From an uncultured Eubacteriales bacterium (lineage in GTDB: Bacteria; Bacillota; Clostridia; Tissierellales; Peptoniphilaceae): a stretch of DNA of 64,000 nucleotides. Position 1 is the stretch's first letter. Each line of letters begins with the position of its first letter. The notes beneath the pieces are model-generated. The model searched no databases, was not told the DNA's origin, and worked only from the letters and a program-made list of their open reading frames with translations. Below are positions 12,269 to 23,162 of this stretch, piece by piece. The DNA lies in assembly GCA_900539225.1 (NCBI GenBank), contig UQBO01000001.1, positions 169,771-233,770 of the forward strand. Direction: 5' to 3'. The translations under genes were made by a program, and so were the position numbers.

Positions 12269-12613
12269 ATGATGATATTAAGTTTTTTAACAGGAGCTAC
12301 ACAAGCAAACGCAAGCGGATCATTACTTAGCATGATAATTCCATTTGTATTATTTGGTGCATTCGCATACTTCTTTTTAATCAGACCACAAAAGAAACAA
12401 GCACAAAAGTTACAAGAACTAAGAGACTCACTTAAGATAGGTGATCAAATCGTAACTATTGGCGGTATCTTAGGCAAGATTGTTCAAATTAAAGAAGATG
12501 TTTACGTAATCGAAATAAATCAAGGATGCAATATGGAGATAGCTAAGTGGGCATTCAGAGACAAGGCATCTAGAAAAGAGATTAAGAACGTAGAAAAATC
12601 AGAAGATTTATAA
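12269..12613 (+). CDS. yajC: Preprotein translocase subunit YajC
   Basis: Single TM helix plus IRPQKKQAQKLQELRDSLKIGDQIVTIGGILGKIV; context after queA-tgt. Confidence 0.85.
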   Translation: MMILSFLTGATQANASGSLLSMIIPFVLFGAFAYFFLIRPQKKQAQKLQELRDSLKIGDQIVTIGGILGKIVQIKEDVYVIEINQGCNMEIAKWAFRDKASRKEIKNVEKSEDL

Positions 12614-12616
12614 AAA

Positions 12617-12655
12617 GCAAAGGCTGGTCATAGTGGTCAGCCTTGATTTTTTTGA
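12617..12655 (+). terminator. Rho-independent terminator after yajC
   Basis: aaggctggtcatagtggtcagcctt hairpin, then gattttttt. Confidence 0.55.
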
Positions 12656-12699
12656 TTAAAGATGAGTGTTTTGGGTAAATATACTTAGGTGGTGATTTA

Positions 12700-13365
12700 A
12701 TGCAAAATATATTTTTAGTGGCAAATACAGATGTTTTTTTATTGACCGATATAGCGGCATTTTTATTAGTAATCATAGGCACACTCTTTTTAAGTCTTGC
12801 TTTAATAAAGAAGAAGCAAAGTGCTTACATAAGTTTATTTTTCTTAACACATCTTCTTTTGTTTGGATCTAGAATTGTATGTCAAACAAATAATTTTTAT
12901 CCACTCGGATTATTCATATTTGCTTGTATTTTTGTAGTTTTGGAAATATTTATTCCTGGCTTCACTATAACAGGTGTACTTGGCTTACTAGCATATTTCA
13001 CATCTGTAGTTTTAGCTTTTACTGACTATAGATATGGCTTAATGACTGTATTTATATTGATAAATTGCAATATAGGTTTCCTTAAGTACATGCTTAGTAA
13101 GGGTTATTCATTTAAAGGATTAACTCATCTTGTTTTAAGCACCGAATCAAATTTAAAAGAGAATAAAGAAGAAGTAAATGAGCTAGAAAAGCTCGTAGGA
13201 AGTAAGGCGAAATCAATCAGCTCTTTAGGACCAACAGGTTTTATTTTGATTGATGGAGTCAAATATAACGCTATAAGCTACGATGGCTACCTAGATAATG
13301 GTCTTGATCTAAAGGTTATAGCAGTTAAAGGAAAATATCTAATAGTTGACAGGGAGGTTAAGTAA
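12700..13365 (+). CDS. nfeD: NfeD-family membrane protein (partner of flotillin FloA)
   Basis: N-terminal TM helices and a C-terminal OB-fold-like segment ([31 protein letters not shown]). Immediately upstream of floA. Confidence 0.7.
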   Translation: MQNIFLVANTDVFLLTDIAAFLLVIIGTLFLSLALIKKKQSAYISLFFLTHLLLFGSRIVCQTNNFYPLGLFIFACIFVVLEIFIPGFTITGVLGLLAYFTSVVLAFTDYRYGLMTVFILINCNIGFLKYMLSKGYSFKGLTHLVLSTESNLKENKEEVNELEKLVGSKAKSISSLGPTGFILIDGVKYNAISYDGYLDNGLDLKVIAVKGKYLIVDREVK

Positions 13366-13367
13366 TT

Positions 13368-14363
13368 ATGTTTTTAGCAGGTTTTATTAATGCTTTATTA
13401 TCAGGTAAATTAATTTTTGTAATACTTGGGATTATAGTCTTAAGTATGTTCTTTTCATTTGTGCCAATAGGTTTATGGATAACAGCATTCTTCTCAGGAG
13501 TTAAGGTTAGCATGGCTACACTTACAGGTATGAGACTTAGAAGAGTTGCTCCAAGCAAGATTATCAATCCAATGATTAAGGCTACAAAGGCTGGACTTGA
13601 TATAAAGGTTAACGAACTAGAAGCTCACTACCTAGCTGGTGGTAATGTAGATACACTTGTTGACGCACTTATCGCAGCGCAAAGAGCTGATATACCACTA
13701 GACTTTACTAGAGCAGCAGCTATTGACCTAGCTGGTCGTAACGTACTTGAAGCTGTTCAAGTAAGCGTAAACCCTAAGGTTATAGAAACTCCTTCCATAT
13801 CCGCGGTTGCTATGAACGGTATCGAAGTCGTTGTAAAAGCAAGAGTAACTGTTAGAGCAAATATCGAGAGATTAGTTGGTGGTGCTGGTGAAGAAACTAT
13901 CATCGCAAGAGTTGGTGAAGGTATTGTAACTACAGTTGGTAGCGCGGAAACACATAAGGCCGTGCTTGAAAATCCTGATAGCATTTCAAAGACAGTTCTT
14001 AAAAAAGGTCTTGATTCAGGAACAGCATTTGAAATACTTTCTATAGACATAGCTGATATCGACGTTGGTAGAAACATCGGAGCTAAACTACTTATGGATC
14101 AAGCAGACGCTGATAAGAAGATAGCTCAAGCTAAGGCAGAAGAAAGACGTGCCATGGCCGTTGCTAGCGAACAAGAAATGAAGGCTGAAGTTCAAAAGAT
14201 GAAGTCAAAAGTTGTTGAAGCTGAAAGAGAAGTTCCTCTAGCTATAGCTGAAGCACTAAAAAATGGTAACTTAGGAGTTATGGATTATTACAAGATGAAT
14301 AATATCAACTCAGATACTGATATGAGAAAGTCCATATCTGACACACAAAAGCTAGATAAGTAG
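13368..14363 (+). CDS. floA: Flotillin-like protein FloA (YqfA family)
   Basis: [11 protein letters not shown]...[20 protein letters not shown] is the FloA/YqfA signature; SPFH domain. Confidence 0.85.
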   Translation: MFLAGFINALLSGKLIFVILGIIVLSMFFSFVPIGLWITAFFSGVKVSMATLTGMRLRRVAPSKIINPMIKATKAGLDIKVNELEAHYLAGGNVDTLVDALIAAQRADIPLDFTRAAAIDLAGRNVLEAVQVSVNPKVIETPSISAVAMNGIEVVVKARVTVRANIERLVGGAGEETIIARVGEGIVTTVGSAETHKAVLENPDSISKTVLKKGLDSGTAFEILSIDIADIDVGRNIGAKLLMDQADADKKIAQAKAEERRAMAVASEQEMKAEVQKMKSKVVEAEREVPLAIAEALKNGNLGVMDYYKMNNINSDTDMRKSISDTQKLDK

Positions 14364-14369
14364 GATACT

Positions 14370-14891
14370 ATGGATGGATTATTTGTATTAGCGTTTTTAT
14401 TTATGCTAATATCATCTATCGTCACTATTGTAAATGAGGCTAATAAGAAGAAAAAGCAAAGAGATACTTTAGATAAAAAGCTTGATGAAATTTACACTAG
14501 AACGATGAAAGATGCTAATAAAGCAAATGATAGAGAAAATAAAAAACGTGAAAAGGTTAAAAAGATAGGCAATTTAGAAAAGCATTATGACGAAGCAATC
14601 AGGGATGATTACAAAGAAAGAGCCGATGACTACTTTTCTGAAAAGAGTAAAAAGCTTGATGAATACCTTTCTAGAGATGTTAAAGATAGGCTTCGTAATT
14701 ATAAAGCAGAAAAAGAAGAAAAGCTTAGAGAAGAAAATAATGAAATAATTGCAGCTCAAAATAACGCGTATAATGAAATTGAGTCTGAAGAGATCGATGG
14801 TATTATTTTTACGAAGGAAAATTTAGCTAAATCTATAGTAATAAAAGAAATTTTAGACAAACCACTTGCCTTAAGGAGGATTAATGAGTAG
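14370..14891 (+). CDS. Small membrane-anchored K/E-rich coiled-coil protein (YqfB-position hypothetical)
   Basis: N-terminal TM helix, then highly charged low-complexity sequence. It occupies the position after floA, as yqfB does in B. subtilis. Confidence 0.45.
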   Translation: MDGLFVLAFLFMLISSIVTIVNEANKKKKQRDTLDKKLDEIYTRTMKDANKANDRENKKREKVKKIGNLEKHYDEAIRDDYKERADDYFSEKSKKLDEYLSRDVKDRLRNYKAEKEEKLREENNEIIAAQNNAYNEIESEEIDGIIFTKENLAKSIVIKEILDKPLALRRINE

Positions 14892-15888
14892 GGAACTTAA
14901 TTTTGACAGCAATAAGCAAGAAGCACTGGCTGGTAATTTAGATACAAATATCAAAATAATTGAAAAAGAACTAGACGTGAAGCTTGATATCAAATCGGAT
15001 AAGATTGTGATAGCTTCAGGCGATGAAGAGAAAGAGGCTATGGCTGAGAGACTTATAAAAGCCTTGTCAAGCCTTATCGACACACAAAAATCACTTAGTA
15101 AAGAGGACATATACTACTCCATCAATCTAGTGAAAAAGTCTAAGGAAAATCAATTATATGATATACAGAAGGACGTAGTTGCAATTACTAGCGAGGGCAA
15201 AACCATCAGACCAAAGACTATTGGCCAAAAAAGATATGTAGATATGATTAGAAAGTCAGGAATTACTTTTGGTATAGGACCTGCAGGTACTGGAAAGACT
15301 TATCTTGCCATTGCCATGGCGGTTAATGCTTTCAAAAATAAAGAAGTATCTAAGATTATATTGACTAGACCAGCTGTAGAAGCAGGCGAAAACCTTGGCT
15401 TCTTGCCGGGTGACCTAAAGGAAAAGGTAGACCCATATCTAAGGCCAGTTTATGACGCCTTATATGAAATTATGGGCAAGGAGCAATATGAGAAGAACGC
15501 CGAGAGAGGACTTATCGAGGTTGCCCCACTTGCTTACATGAGAGGAAGAACTTTGGACAAGGCTTTCATAATTCTTGATGAAGCGCAAAACACTACTGAA
15601 GAGCAAATGAAGATGTTCTTGACTAGGATGGGATTTAATTCTAAGGTCATAGTTACTGGAGACATTACTCAAAGGGACTTGCCTAAGGGAAAGAAGTCAG
15701 GTCTGATAGCTGCTAGCCATATCTTAAGAAATATAAATGGAATTAGCTTTATCGAACTTACTCAAACTGACGTTGTTAGAAATATACTTGTACAAAGAAT
15801 TATCGAAGCATATAATGCATATGAGAGCAAAAAGCTTGATAAAGAAAGTAAAGAGAGAGAAGAAAAAGATGGACATAGTGATAAATAA
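14884..15888 (+). CDS. phoH: PhoH-like ATPase
   Basis: Walker A GPAGTGKTYLAIAMAV and the PhoH C-terminal motifs. Confidence 0.85.
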   Translation: MSRELNFDSNKQEALAGNLDTNIKIIEKELDVKLDIKSDKIVIASGDEEKEAMAERLIKALSSLIDTQKSLSKEDIYYSINLVKKSKENQLYDIQKDVVAITSEGKTIRPKTIGQKRYVDMIRKSGITFGIGPAGTGKTYLAIAMAVNAFKNKEVSKIILTRPAVEAGENLGFLPGDLKEKVDPYLRPVYDALYEIMGKEQYEKNAERGLIEVAPLAYMRGRTLDKAFIILDEAQNTTEEQMKMFLTRMGFNSKVIVTGDITQRDLPKGKKSGLIAASHILRNINGISFIELTQTDVVRNILVQRIIEAYNAYESKKLDKESKEREEKDGHSDK

Positions 15889-16312
15889 CGAAAATAATTA
15901 TCCGATAGAGGCTTCTTACGAAGATACTATGAAGAGGATCGTTTCACTTGCTTTAAAGATGGAAGGTCTTGAAGATCACTACGAGGTAGGTCTTACTTAT
16001 GTATCGAAGGACGAGATAAAGGATTTAAATAGAGAGTACAGAGACATTGATAAAGTGACTGACGTTTTATCTTTTCCTCTTATAGAAGATTTTTCATCTG
16101 ATGAGACTCTCTTAGGTGATGTAGTTATCTCATACGAAGTAGCCGAGGAGCAAGCGAAGGAATATGGACACAGCCTTGAAAGAGAAATCATGTTTCTCTT
16201 CACTCATAGCATACTGCACTTACTTGGCTACGACCACATCGAGGAAGAAGACAGAGTCATTATGGAAGAAAGACAAAGAGAAATACTTGATGAGCTTAAA
16301 ATCACGCGTTAA
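15869..16312 (+). CDS. ybeY: Endoribonuclease YbeY (rRNA maturation factor)
   Basis: HSILHLLGYDH zinc-binding motif. The start was set to the internal ATG (MDIVINNEN...) that overlaps the phoH 3' end. Confidence 0.85.
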   Translation: MDIVINNENNYPIEASYEDTMKRIVSLALKMEGLEDHYEVGLTYVSKDEIKDLNREYRDIDKVTDVLSFPLIEDFSSDETLLGDVVISYEVAEEQAKEYGHSLEREIMFLFTHSILHLLGYDHIEEEDRVIMEERQREILDELKITR

Positions 16313-16315
16313 GTA

Positions 16316-16344
16316 TTGAATTTATCACTAATTTATTGTATAAT
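16316..16344 (+). promoter_or_regulatory. Consensus promoter TTGAAT-N17-TATAAT upstream of cdd-era-recO-glyQS
   Basis: Read directly. The RBS GAGGGATGA and the ATG at 16363 follow. Confidence 0.5.
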
Positions 16345-16362
16345 AAAGATTCGAGGGATGAT

Positions 16363-16752
16363 ATGGAATATAAAGAACTAGTTGAATCAGCCTTAAGCGT
16401 TTTAGATAGATCATATTCAGTTTATTCTAAATATAAAGTTGCTGCAGCCGTTGAAATGGACGACGGCAGTGTTTATAATGGTGTAAACATTGAGAATGCA
16501 TCTTACGGTTTAACAATTTGCGCTGAGCAAAGTGCTATAGCAAATGCCATTACGAATGGCGATTCAAGAAAGATAAGTAAGATTGCAATAGTTAATCCAG
16601 ATTCATATCCGTTCCCGTGTGGGGCGTGCAGACAATTTATTAGTGAGTTTACAAAAGATGCTAAGGTAATTGTTGCAAGGAACACGGGCGATTACAAAGT
16701 ATATAATATAAAAGATCTGCTTCCAGCATCTTTTTCATTAGATGACAAATAG
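16363..16752 (+). CDS. cdd: Cytidine deaminase
   Basis: CAEQSAIANAI and PCGACRQ zinc-binding motifs. The ORF-track start at 16336 is a TTG lying within the promoter -10 region; the ATG at 16363 with RBS GAGGG is preferred. Confidence 0.85.
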   Translation: MEYKELVESALSVLDRSYSVYSKYKVAAAVEMDDGSVYNGVNIENASYGLTICAEQSAIANAITNGDSRKISKIAIVNPDSYPFPCGACRQFISEFTKDAKVIVARNTGDYKVYNIKDLLPASFSLDDK

Positions 16753-16762
16753 AGGTGAGACG

Positions 16763-17641
16763 ATGGAATTTAAATCAGGCTATGTAGCCGTTGTCGGTAG
16801 GCCAAACGCTGGCAAATCGACGCTACTAAATAAATTAGTAAAATTTAATATATCGATAATTTCTGACAAACCGCAAACTACAAGAGATATAATCAATTTT
16901 ATATATACAGACGATGATGCACAAATCATTTTCATGGATACACCTGGCTATCAAATCGCTAGAAATAAGCTTGGCGACTACATGGATAAGGCAATGAGAG
17001 CTGCATTAGAAGATGCTGACATGATACTATATATTATAGATGGCTCTGTAGCATTTAAAGCTGGAGAAAAAGAACTTATGGATATAGTTATGAGCTCAAA
17101 TAAGGACGTCGTCATCGCAATAAATAAGATTGATAAAAAGGAATCATACTTAGACGAAATTATCGCAGAGATAAATGCGCGCAATTTGAAAGCTATTACT
17201 GTGCCAATAAGTGCTGCTAATGACGAGAACTTAGATAAATTATTAGATGAGATTAAAAACACATTAAAACCTGGGCCAATGTACTACGACGGAGAGTATT
17301 TAACTGATAAGCCGATGAAGTTTATAGTCTCAGAGGTGATTAGACAAAAGTGCCTGTTGTACTTATCTGAAGAAATACCTCACGGCATCAACGTTGAAAT
17401 TACTAAATACGAGGAACTTGAAGACAAGGTAAATATCGAAGCGATTATATACTGCGAAAGAGAAAGTCATAAGGGCATAGTCATTGGCAAGGACGCTTCT
17501 ATGATTAAAAAGATTAGACTTGCCGCTAAAAAGGATATTAAGGAAATGCTTGACACGGATATTAATCTTAGCCTAAATGTAAAGGTTGCCAAAAACTGGA
17601 GAAAGAACGAAGACAAGGTGAAATTCTTTGGATACAAGTAA
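16763..17641 (+). CDS. era: GTPase Era
   Basis: G1 motif GRPNAGKSTLLN, the DTPG motif, and a C-terminal KH domain. Confidence 0.9.
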   Translation: MEFKSGYVAVVGRPNAGKSTLLNKLVKFNISIISDKPQTTRDIINFIYTDDDAQIIFMDTPGYQIARNKLGDYMDKAMRAALEDADMILYIIDGSVAFKAGEKELMDIVMSSNKDVVIAINKIDKKESYLDEIIAEINARNLKAITVPISAANDENLDKLLDEIKNTLKPGPMYYDGEYLTDKPMKFIVSEVIRQKCLLYLSEEIPHGINVEITKYEELEDKVNIEAIIYCERESHKGIVIGKDASMIKKIRLAAKKDIKEMLDTDINLSLNVKVAKNWRKNEDKVKFFGYK

Positions 17642-18350
17642 ATCCGAAAAGTTTAGAGGAATAGTAATTGCAAGCAAAAGTGATCAGAAGAATGGTAAGA
17701 TACTTGAGATATATACAGTAGAATTAGGACGTATCAAGGCTTACGTAAGAAGCGCATATGATTTAAGAGATAATGTTGCGAGGAGCTCTTTTGTATTTAC
17801 TGAATCAGAATTTACTCTATCGCAATACAAAGAGATATTCATGGTGAATGACTCAAAAGTTTTATATGCACCAAAGCTTTTAGATACAGATATGAAAAAG
17901 CTACATGATTTTGCCTTTTTATCAGAGCTGCTTGTGACACTTCTTAATACACAAGAAGGTGATGAGTACATCTACAGCATGATACTAACTATGCTAAACA
18001 TTATGGACATATATCCAGAAAAAGCAGAGCTAATAATTCTAGCCTTTATTTTGAAACTTATATACATACTAGGCTATTTCCCTAGGATACAAATAAAGGA
18101 AGGGCTTAATAGCTACAGTTTTAATTATGAAGATGGCGTGATTATTCCGAGAGATAAAGATTACTCAAACAAGGCCATAACGATAAAAGAACTTAGCTTT
18201 ATGAAACACTTATTAAATAGCAAATTTACGGACTTAATTGCTATAGACTGCGAAGAAAAATCTATAGCAAATTTAAAAAGATTATTTATAAATTATATTT
18301 TATATATATTTGATAAAGATGAATTTAAGACTCTTAAAGTCAAATATTGA
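17628..18350 (+). CDS. recO: DNA repair protein RecO
   Basis: Conserved era-recO-glyQ order. N-terminal OB-fold-like [10 protein letters not shown]...[16 protein letters not shown]. Confidence 0.7.
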   Translation: MDTSKSEKFRGIVIASKSDQKNGKILEIYTVELGRIKAYVRSAYDLRDNVARSSFVFTESEFTLSQYKEIFMVNDSKVLYAPKLLDTDMKKLHDFAFLSELLVTLLNTQEGDEYIYSMILTMLNIMDIYPEKAELIILAFILKLIYILGYFPRIQIKEGLNSYSFNYEDGVIIPRDKDYSNKAITIKELSFMKHLLNSKFTDLIAIDCEEKSIANLKRLFINYILYIFDKDEFKTLKVKY

Positions 18351-18360
18351 GGAGGACAAA

Positions 18361-19251
18361 ATGTATTTTCAAGATTTAATGATGAATCTACTAAACTTTT
18401 GGAAGGACAAAGGCTGCTTAGTTATGGAGCCTTACGACGTTGAAAAAGGCGCTGGAACTATGAATCCACATACTTTTCTTAGGTCACTTGGACCTGAACC
18501 ATGGAGGGTTGTTTATGTAGAACCATCTAGAAGACCAGCGGACGCAAGATATGGTGAGAACCCAAACAGAGTTTATCAACACCATCAATTACAAGTAATA
18601 TTAAAACCATCGCCATATGATGTACAAGACCTATACCTAGATAGCTTAAAAGCTATAGGCATAGACCCATTGAAGCACGATATAAGATTCGTTGAAGACA
18701 ACTGGGAATCGCCTACACTAGGAGCTTGGGGTTTAGGCTGGGAAGTTTGGCTTGACGGCATGGAAATAACTCAATTCACATATTTCCAACAAGTTGGTGG
18801 ACTTAATCTAGATTTAGAATCCTCTGAATTAACTTACGGACTTGAAAGAATAGCTATGTATTTACAAGACGTTGACAATGTTTACGATATACAATGGAAC
18901 GAGCACTTTACTTATGGAGACATATTTAAAAAGGCTGAGTACGAACACTCTGTATACAGCTTTGAACTAGCTGACAAAGACTTGCTTCAAGAGATGTTTG
19001 AAAGATATGAAGCTGAGTGCAAGAGAGTTATCGAGGAAGGACTAGTACTTCCAGCTTATGACTATGTACTTAAGTGCTCACACACATTTAACGTACTAGA
19101 TGCGCTAGGAGCTATATCCGTTTCACAAAGAGCAAACTATATACTTAAGGTAAGGAGCTTAGCTAAGCTTATCGCAAGTAAATATGTAGAACAAAGGGAA
19201 GAGATGGGATTTCCTTTTACTAAGAAAGTAGGTTTTAACGATGGCAAATAG
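18361..19251 (+). CDS. glyQ: Glycine--tRNA ligase alpha subunit
   Basis: [19 protein letters not shown]..., an ATG start with a GGAGG RBS; highly conserved GlyQ sequence. Confidence 0.93.
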   Translation: MYFQDLMMNLLNFWKDKGCLVMEPYDVEKGAGTMNPHTFLRSLGPEPWRVVYVEPSRRPADARYGENPNRVYQHHQLQVILKPSPYDVQDLYLDSLKAIGIDPLKHDIRFVEDNWESPTLGAWGLGWEVWLDGMEITQFTYFQQVGGLNLDLESSELTYGLERIAMYLQDVDNVYDIQWNEHFTYGDIFKKAEYEHSVYSFELADKDLLQEMFERYEAECKRVIEEGLVLPAYDYVLKCSHTFNVLDALGAISVSQRANYILKVRSLAKLIASKYVEQREEMGFPFTKKVGFNDGK

Positions 19252-21325
19252 ATACTTATTAGAAGTAGGTATGGAAGAATTACCTGCTAGTTACTCAAAA
19301 TTAGCTATAGAACAATTTAAAAATGCTTTTGAAAAATTATTAAGTGAAAACTCATACGAAGACTTCGAAGTGAACGTATATACAACACCTAGAAGAATCA
19401 CTACTATAGTTGACAATATTATTGAAAACGAAAGCATAGAAAAAGAAGAGATAAAGGGACCATCAAAGGCAATAAGCTTTGACCAAGATGGCAATCCAAG
19501 TAAGGCTCTTCAAGGCTTTTTAAAGTCAAAGGGCTTAAGCCTTGACGATATCTTTTATAAAGACATGGGCGGAACAGAATATGTTTTTGCATCTATTGAG
19601 CACAAGAGCCTAAGCTTTACTGAACTTATTGAAGCTAATGCAGAAAGCATTATTAGAAAGATAGTTTTCCCTAAATCAATGAAGTGGGGCGGAAGAGATC
19701 TTAGATTTGCTAGACCTATCAGATGGATAGTATCTCTTTATAATGACAAAGTAGTTAAATTTAATTTAGAAAATATAAGAGTTTCTAACTTGACTAATGG
19801 CCATAGATTTTTATCTAAAAAGGATATAGAAATACCTGATGCTCATGACTATATGAAGCTTATGGAAGATAATTATGTAATCGTAGACAATGAAGAGAGA
19901 AAAGCTAAGATTAGACTTGAATCGGAAAGACTAGCTAAGTCTGTTGGCGGAAGTTTACAAGATGATGAGGCTATCATAGATCAAGTTACTAACTTAGTTG
20001 AGTATCCTACTCCACTACTTGGAACAATCAAGGATCAATACTTAGAACTACCTGATGAAGTAGTTATAACACCTATGAAAGATCACTTAAGATACTTCCC
20101 AGTAGTTGATTCAAAGAATAGACTTATGAATCACTTCATCACTGTTAGAAATGGTGACGATAAACATCTAGACATAGTTAGAAAAGGTAATGAAAAAGTG
20201 CTTGCCGCTAGACTTGAAGACGCAAAATTCTTCTTCAATGAAGACAGAAAGAAAGATCTTGAAGAATATGTTAATGATTTAAAAACTATAGTCTTCCAAG
20301 ATAAGTTAGGAACACTATATGATAAAACATTAAGAAATATTAAGCTTGCAGAAAAGATATGCGACGACTTAAACGTTGGAGATGAAACGCTAGAAACTAC
20401 TAAGAGAGCAGCCTATCTTTCAAAAGCAGACCTTGCTACTAAACTTGTTGTTGAATTTACTGAACTACAAGGCGTTATGGGCAAGATATATGCCAATCTA
20501 TCAGGCGAGCCTATAGGCGTTCAAGAAGCAATTTACGAACACTATCTACCAAGATTTGCTCAAGACTCACTACCAACAACTACAGCAGGCGTTGTACTTG
20601 CAATGGCAGATAAACTTGATACTATATCAGGACTATTCGCAATTGGTACAAAACCAAGTGGCTCACAAGACCCATTTGGTATAAGAAGAGCAAGTTTGGG
20701 TATCATTAATATAGTATTAGAAAAGTCTTTAGACATATCTATCGATTCACTTGTAGAAGAAACATTATATAATTATGTTAAAATAAATGAACTAAAGTTT
20801 GATTACGATGAAGTTAAAAAGACTGTGCTAGACTATATAGAAACAAGATTTGTAGGTATATTACAAGACAGTAAATACAATGCAAACTTAATCAGAGCGG
20901 TTATTAACAAGCATAAAGATTTAAATTTATTAAGCATCAAACAAATTCTATCTAAGCTAGACGGCATTAAAGATGGCGAGGACTTTGAGGATGCAGTAGC
21001 TGCTTTTAGAAGAATATATCAAATATCTAAGGGTAAAGAATTCGAAAAAGTTGAGCCTAATCAAGATATCATGGAAGAAAGCGAAAGAGAATTATTTAAT
21101 CTATATACTGAATTAAAAGCAAAAGATGAAAATATCAAAAACATGGACATAGTTGATGCGATAAAAGTTCTAGCTACTTATAAAGGCAGTATAGATAAGT
21201 TCTTAGACACAACTATGGTTTTAGTTGATAACAAGCTTATAAAGAACAACAGACTTTCACTTATATCACTAATTATTGATGAATTTAACTCCGTATTAGA
21301 GTTTAAAGAAATAGAGGAGATTTAA
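19241..21325 (+). CDS. glyS: Glycine--tRNA ligase beta subunit
   Basis: 694 aa, overlaps the glyQ stop. GlyS-type anticodon-binding region. Confidence 0.9.
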   Translation: MANRYLLEVGMEELPASYSKLAIEQFKNAFEKLLSENSYEDFEVNVYTTPRRITTIVDNIIENESIEKEEIKGPSKAISFDQDGNPSKALQGFLKSKGLSLDDIFYKDMGGTEYVFASIEHKSLSFTELIEANAESIIRKIVFPKSMKWGGRDLRFARPIRWIVSLYNDKVVKFNLENIRVSNLTNGHRFLSKKDIEIPDAHDYMKLMEDNYVIVDNEERKAKIRLESERLAKSVGGSLQDDEAIIDQVTNLVEYPTPLLGTIKDQYLELPDEVVITPMKDHLRYFPVVDSKNRLMNHFITVRNGDDKHLDIVRKGNEKVLAARLEDAKFFFNEDRKKDLEEYVNDLKTIVFQDKLGTLYDKTLRNIKLAEKICDDLNVGDETLETTKRAAYLSKADLATKLVVEFTELQGVMGKIYANLSGEPIGVQEAIYEHYLPRFAQDSLPTTTAGVVLAMADKLDTISGLFAIGTKPSGSQDPFGIRRASLGIINIVLEKSLDISIDSLVEETLYNYVKINELKFDYDEVKKTVLDYIETRFVGILQDSKYNANLIRAVINKHKDLNLLSIKQILSKLDGIKDGEDFEDAVAAFRRIYQISKGKEFEKVEPNQDIMEESERELFNLYTELKAKDENIKNMDIVDAIKVLATYKGSIDKFLDTTMVLVDNKLIKNNRLSLISLIIDEFNSVLEFKEIEEI

Positions 21326-22147
21326 TTGAACGATATAACTATATTTGTAATTTCAGACTCAATAGGTGAAACAGCTGGTAAGATTGCTAGATCATGTATC
21401 AAGCAATTCTCGCCAGATGCATATGAGATTAAAAGGTTTCCATATGTCGATAGCAAGGACAAGATCTTTAATGTCTTTGAAAAGGCAAAGCTTGTTCCAT
21501 CTGTAGTTATATTTACTACAGTGCTTGAAGAACATGCCCAATACATTGAAAGCTTAGGTAAAAAATACAATATACCTACAGTTAATGTAATGAGCAAAGT
21601 TTTGGATTCCATCGAATCAGTATTGCATCAAGCACCTATTAGAGAAGCAGGATTAATTAGAAGGCTCGATCAAGAGTACTTCGATAAAGTTTCTGCAATA
21701 GAATTTGCTGTTAAGTACGATGATGGTAAGGACCCGAGAGGAATTATCTTAGCGGATGTTGTTTTGCTAGGCATATCAAGAACGTCCAAGACACCGCTTT
21801 CTATGTATTTAGCAAATAAAAATTACAAAGTAGCTAACGTACCACTACTTCCTGAGATAGAGCCGAGCGAATTTCTTTTTGAAAAAGATAAGAGAAGGAT
21901 ATTCGGCCTCATCGCATCTGATAGAAAGATAAACGAAATCAGAATTGAAAGGATGAGATCCTTAGGTATAGAAGACATAGGCAACTACGCTTGTACCGAT
22001 AGAATCAACGAAGAGCTTTTATATTCTAAGGAAATAATGGGCAAGATTGGCTGCCAAGTAATTGATGTTACAAATAAAGCTATAGAAGAAACCGCGTCGA
22101 TAATAATCGAAAGTTTAAATAGAGATTTTGGTGAGATGAATGACTAA
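21326..22147 (+). CDS. Pyruvate, phosphate dikinase regulatory protein-like kinase/pyrophosphorylase (YqfL/PDRP family); TTG start
   Basis: ITIFVISDSIGETAGKIARS N-terminus and the P-loop GISRTSKTPLS. Confidence 0.8.
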   Translation: MNDITIFVISDSIGETAGKIARSCIKQFSPDAYEIKRFPYVDSKDKIFNVFEKAKLVPSVVIFTTVLEEHAQYIESLGKKYNIPTVNVMSKVLDSIESVLHQAPIREAGLIRRLDQEYFDKVSAIEFAVKYDDGKDPRGIILADVVLLGISRTSKTPLSMYLANKNYKVANVPLLPEIEPSEFLFEKDKRRIFGLIASDRKINEIRIERMRSLGIEDIGNYACTDRINEELLYSKEIMGKIGCQVIDVTNKAIEETASIIIESLNRDFGEMND

Positions 22148-23162
22148 TTTTAGAGAAAATTATGAAGCATTTCAAAATTCCTACCTGTCAGAATACGCTT
22201 GCAGATGCTCAGATACAAAGGGAAGAAAGATTGAAGAAGAAAAGTGTACTATAAGAACTGACTTTCAAAGAGATAGAGACAGAATACTTCACTCAAAAGC
22301 GTTTAGGAGGCTTAAACATAAGACACAAGTCTTCTTAGCACCACAAGGTGACCACTTTAGAACTAGACTTACTCATACCTTAGAAGTTAGCCAGATAGCT
22401 AGAACTATAGCCAGAGCCTTAAGACTAAATGAAGATTTGGTTGAGGCCATATCCTTAGGTCACGACTTAGGACACACACCATTTGGTCACGCTGGTGAGA
22501 GCGCATTAAATGAAAAATGTAAGGACTTTGGCGGATTCAAGCACTATAAACAAAGTTTAAGAGTTGTTGATGTACTTGAAAAGAGAAATGGTCGCTTCGG
22601 TCTAAATCTTTGTGAAGAGGTTAGAGATGGTATACTTAATCATAGCGGACAAAATGAAGCCTTTACTCTTGAAGGAAAGTTAGTAAAGTTCGCAGATAGG
22701 ATTGCTTATATCAATCATGATATAGACGATGCCATCAGAGCGGGTATATTATCAGAAAAGGATATACCAAAAGATTTGATAGAAATATTAGGGGATTCTC
22801 ACTCAAAGAGAATAAATACCTTAATCACAGACATATTAAATGAAAGCTACGGACAAAATTATATAGCCATGTCGAAGGAGATTGGCGAAGCAATGGAGGC
22901 TTTAAGAGCATTCATGTTTAAGGAAGTTTACTTTAATCCAATAACAACCAAAGAACATGATAAGGCGAAAAACATAATATCAATGCTATATGATTATTAT
23001 GTAGAGCATCCTGAAAAATTACCTGAGAATATTAAAGAGATAGATGCAAGTCTTAATCAACAAATATGTGACTACATCGCGGGTATGTCTGATATATATG
23101 CAATAAACGAATTTAACAAGATATATGTACCACAAACGTGGAAAAATGAGGTTATACTATGA
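22140..23162 (+). CDS. dgt: dGTP triphosphohydrolase-like HD-domain protein
   Basis: FQRDRDRILHSKAFRRLKHKTQV...HFRTRLTHTLEVSQIART...GHDLGHTPFGHAGE HD motifs. Confidence 0.85.
   Translation: MTNFRENYEAFQNSYLSEYACRCSDTKGRKIEEEKCTIRTDFQRDRDRILHSKAFRRLKHKTQVFLAPQGDHFRTRLTHTLEVSQIARTIARALRLNEDLVEAISLGHDLGHTPFGHAGESALNEKCKDFGGFKHYKQSLRVVDVLEKRNGRFGLNLCEEVRDGILNHSGQNEAFTLEGKLVKFADRIAYINHDIDDAIRAGILSEKDIPKDLIEILGDSHSKRINTLITDILNESYGQNYIAMSKEIGEAMEALRAFMFKEVYFNPITTKEHDKAKNIISMLYDYYVEHPEKLPENIKEIDASLNQQICDYIAGMSDIYAINEFNKIYVPQTWKNEVIL

Noticed and set aside
18300-18360. T-box leader upstream of glyQS
   Set aside because: glyQ follows recO with only an RBS (GGAGG) in an 11-nt gap, leaving no room for a T-box. 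The operon is driven from upstream of cdd.
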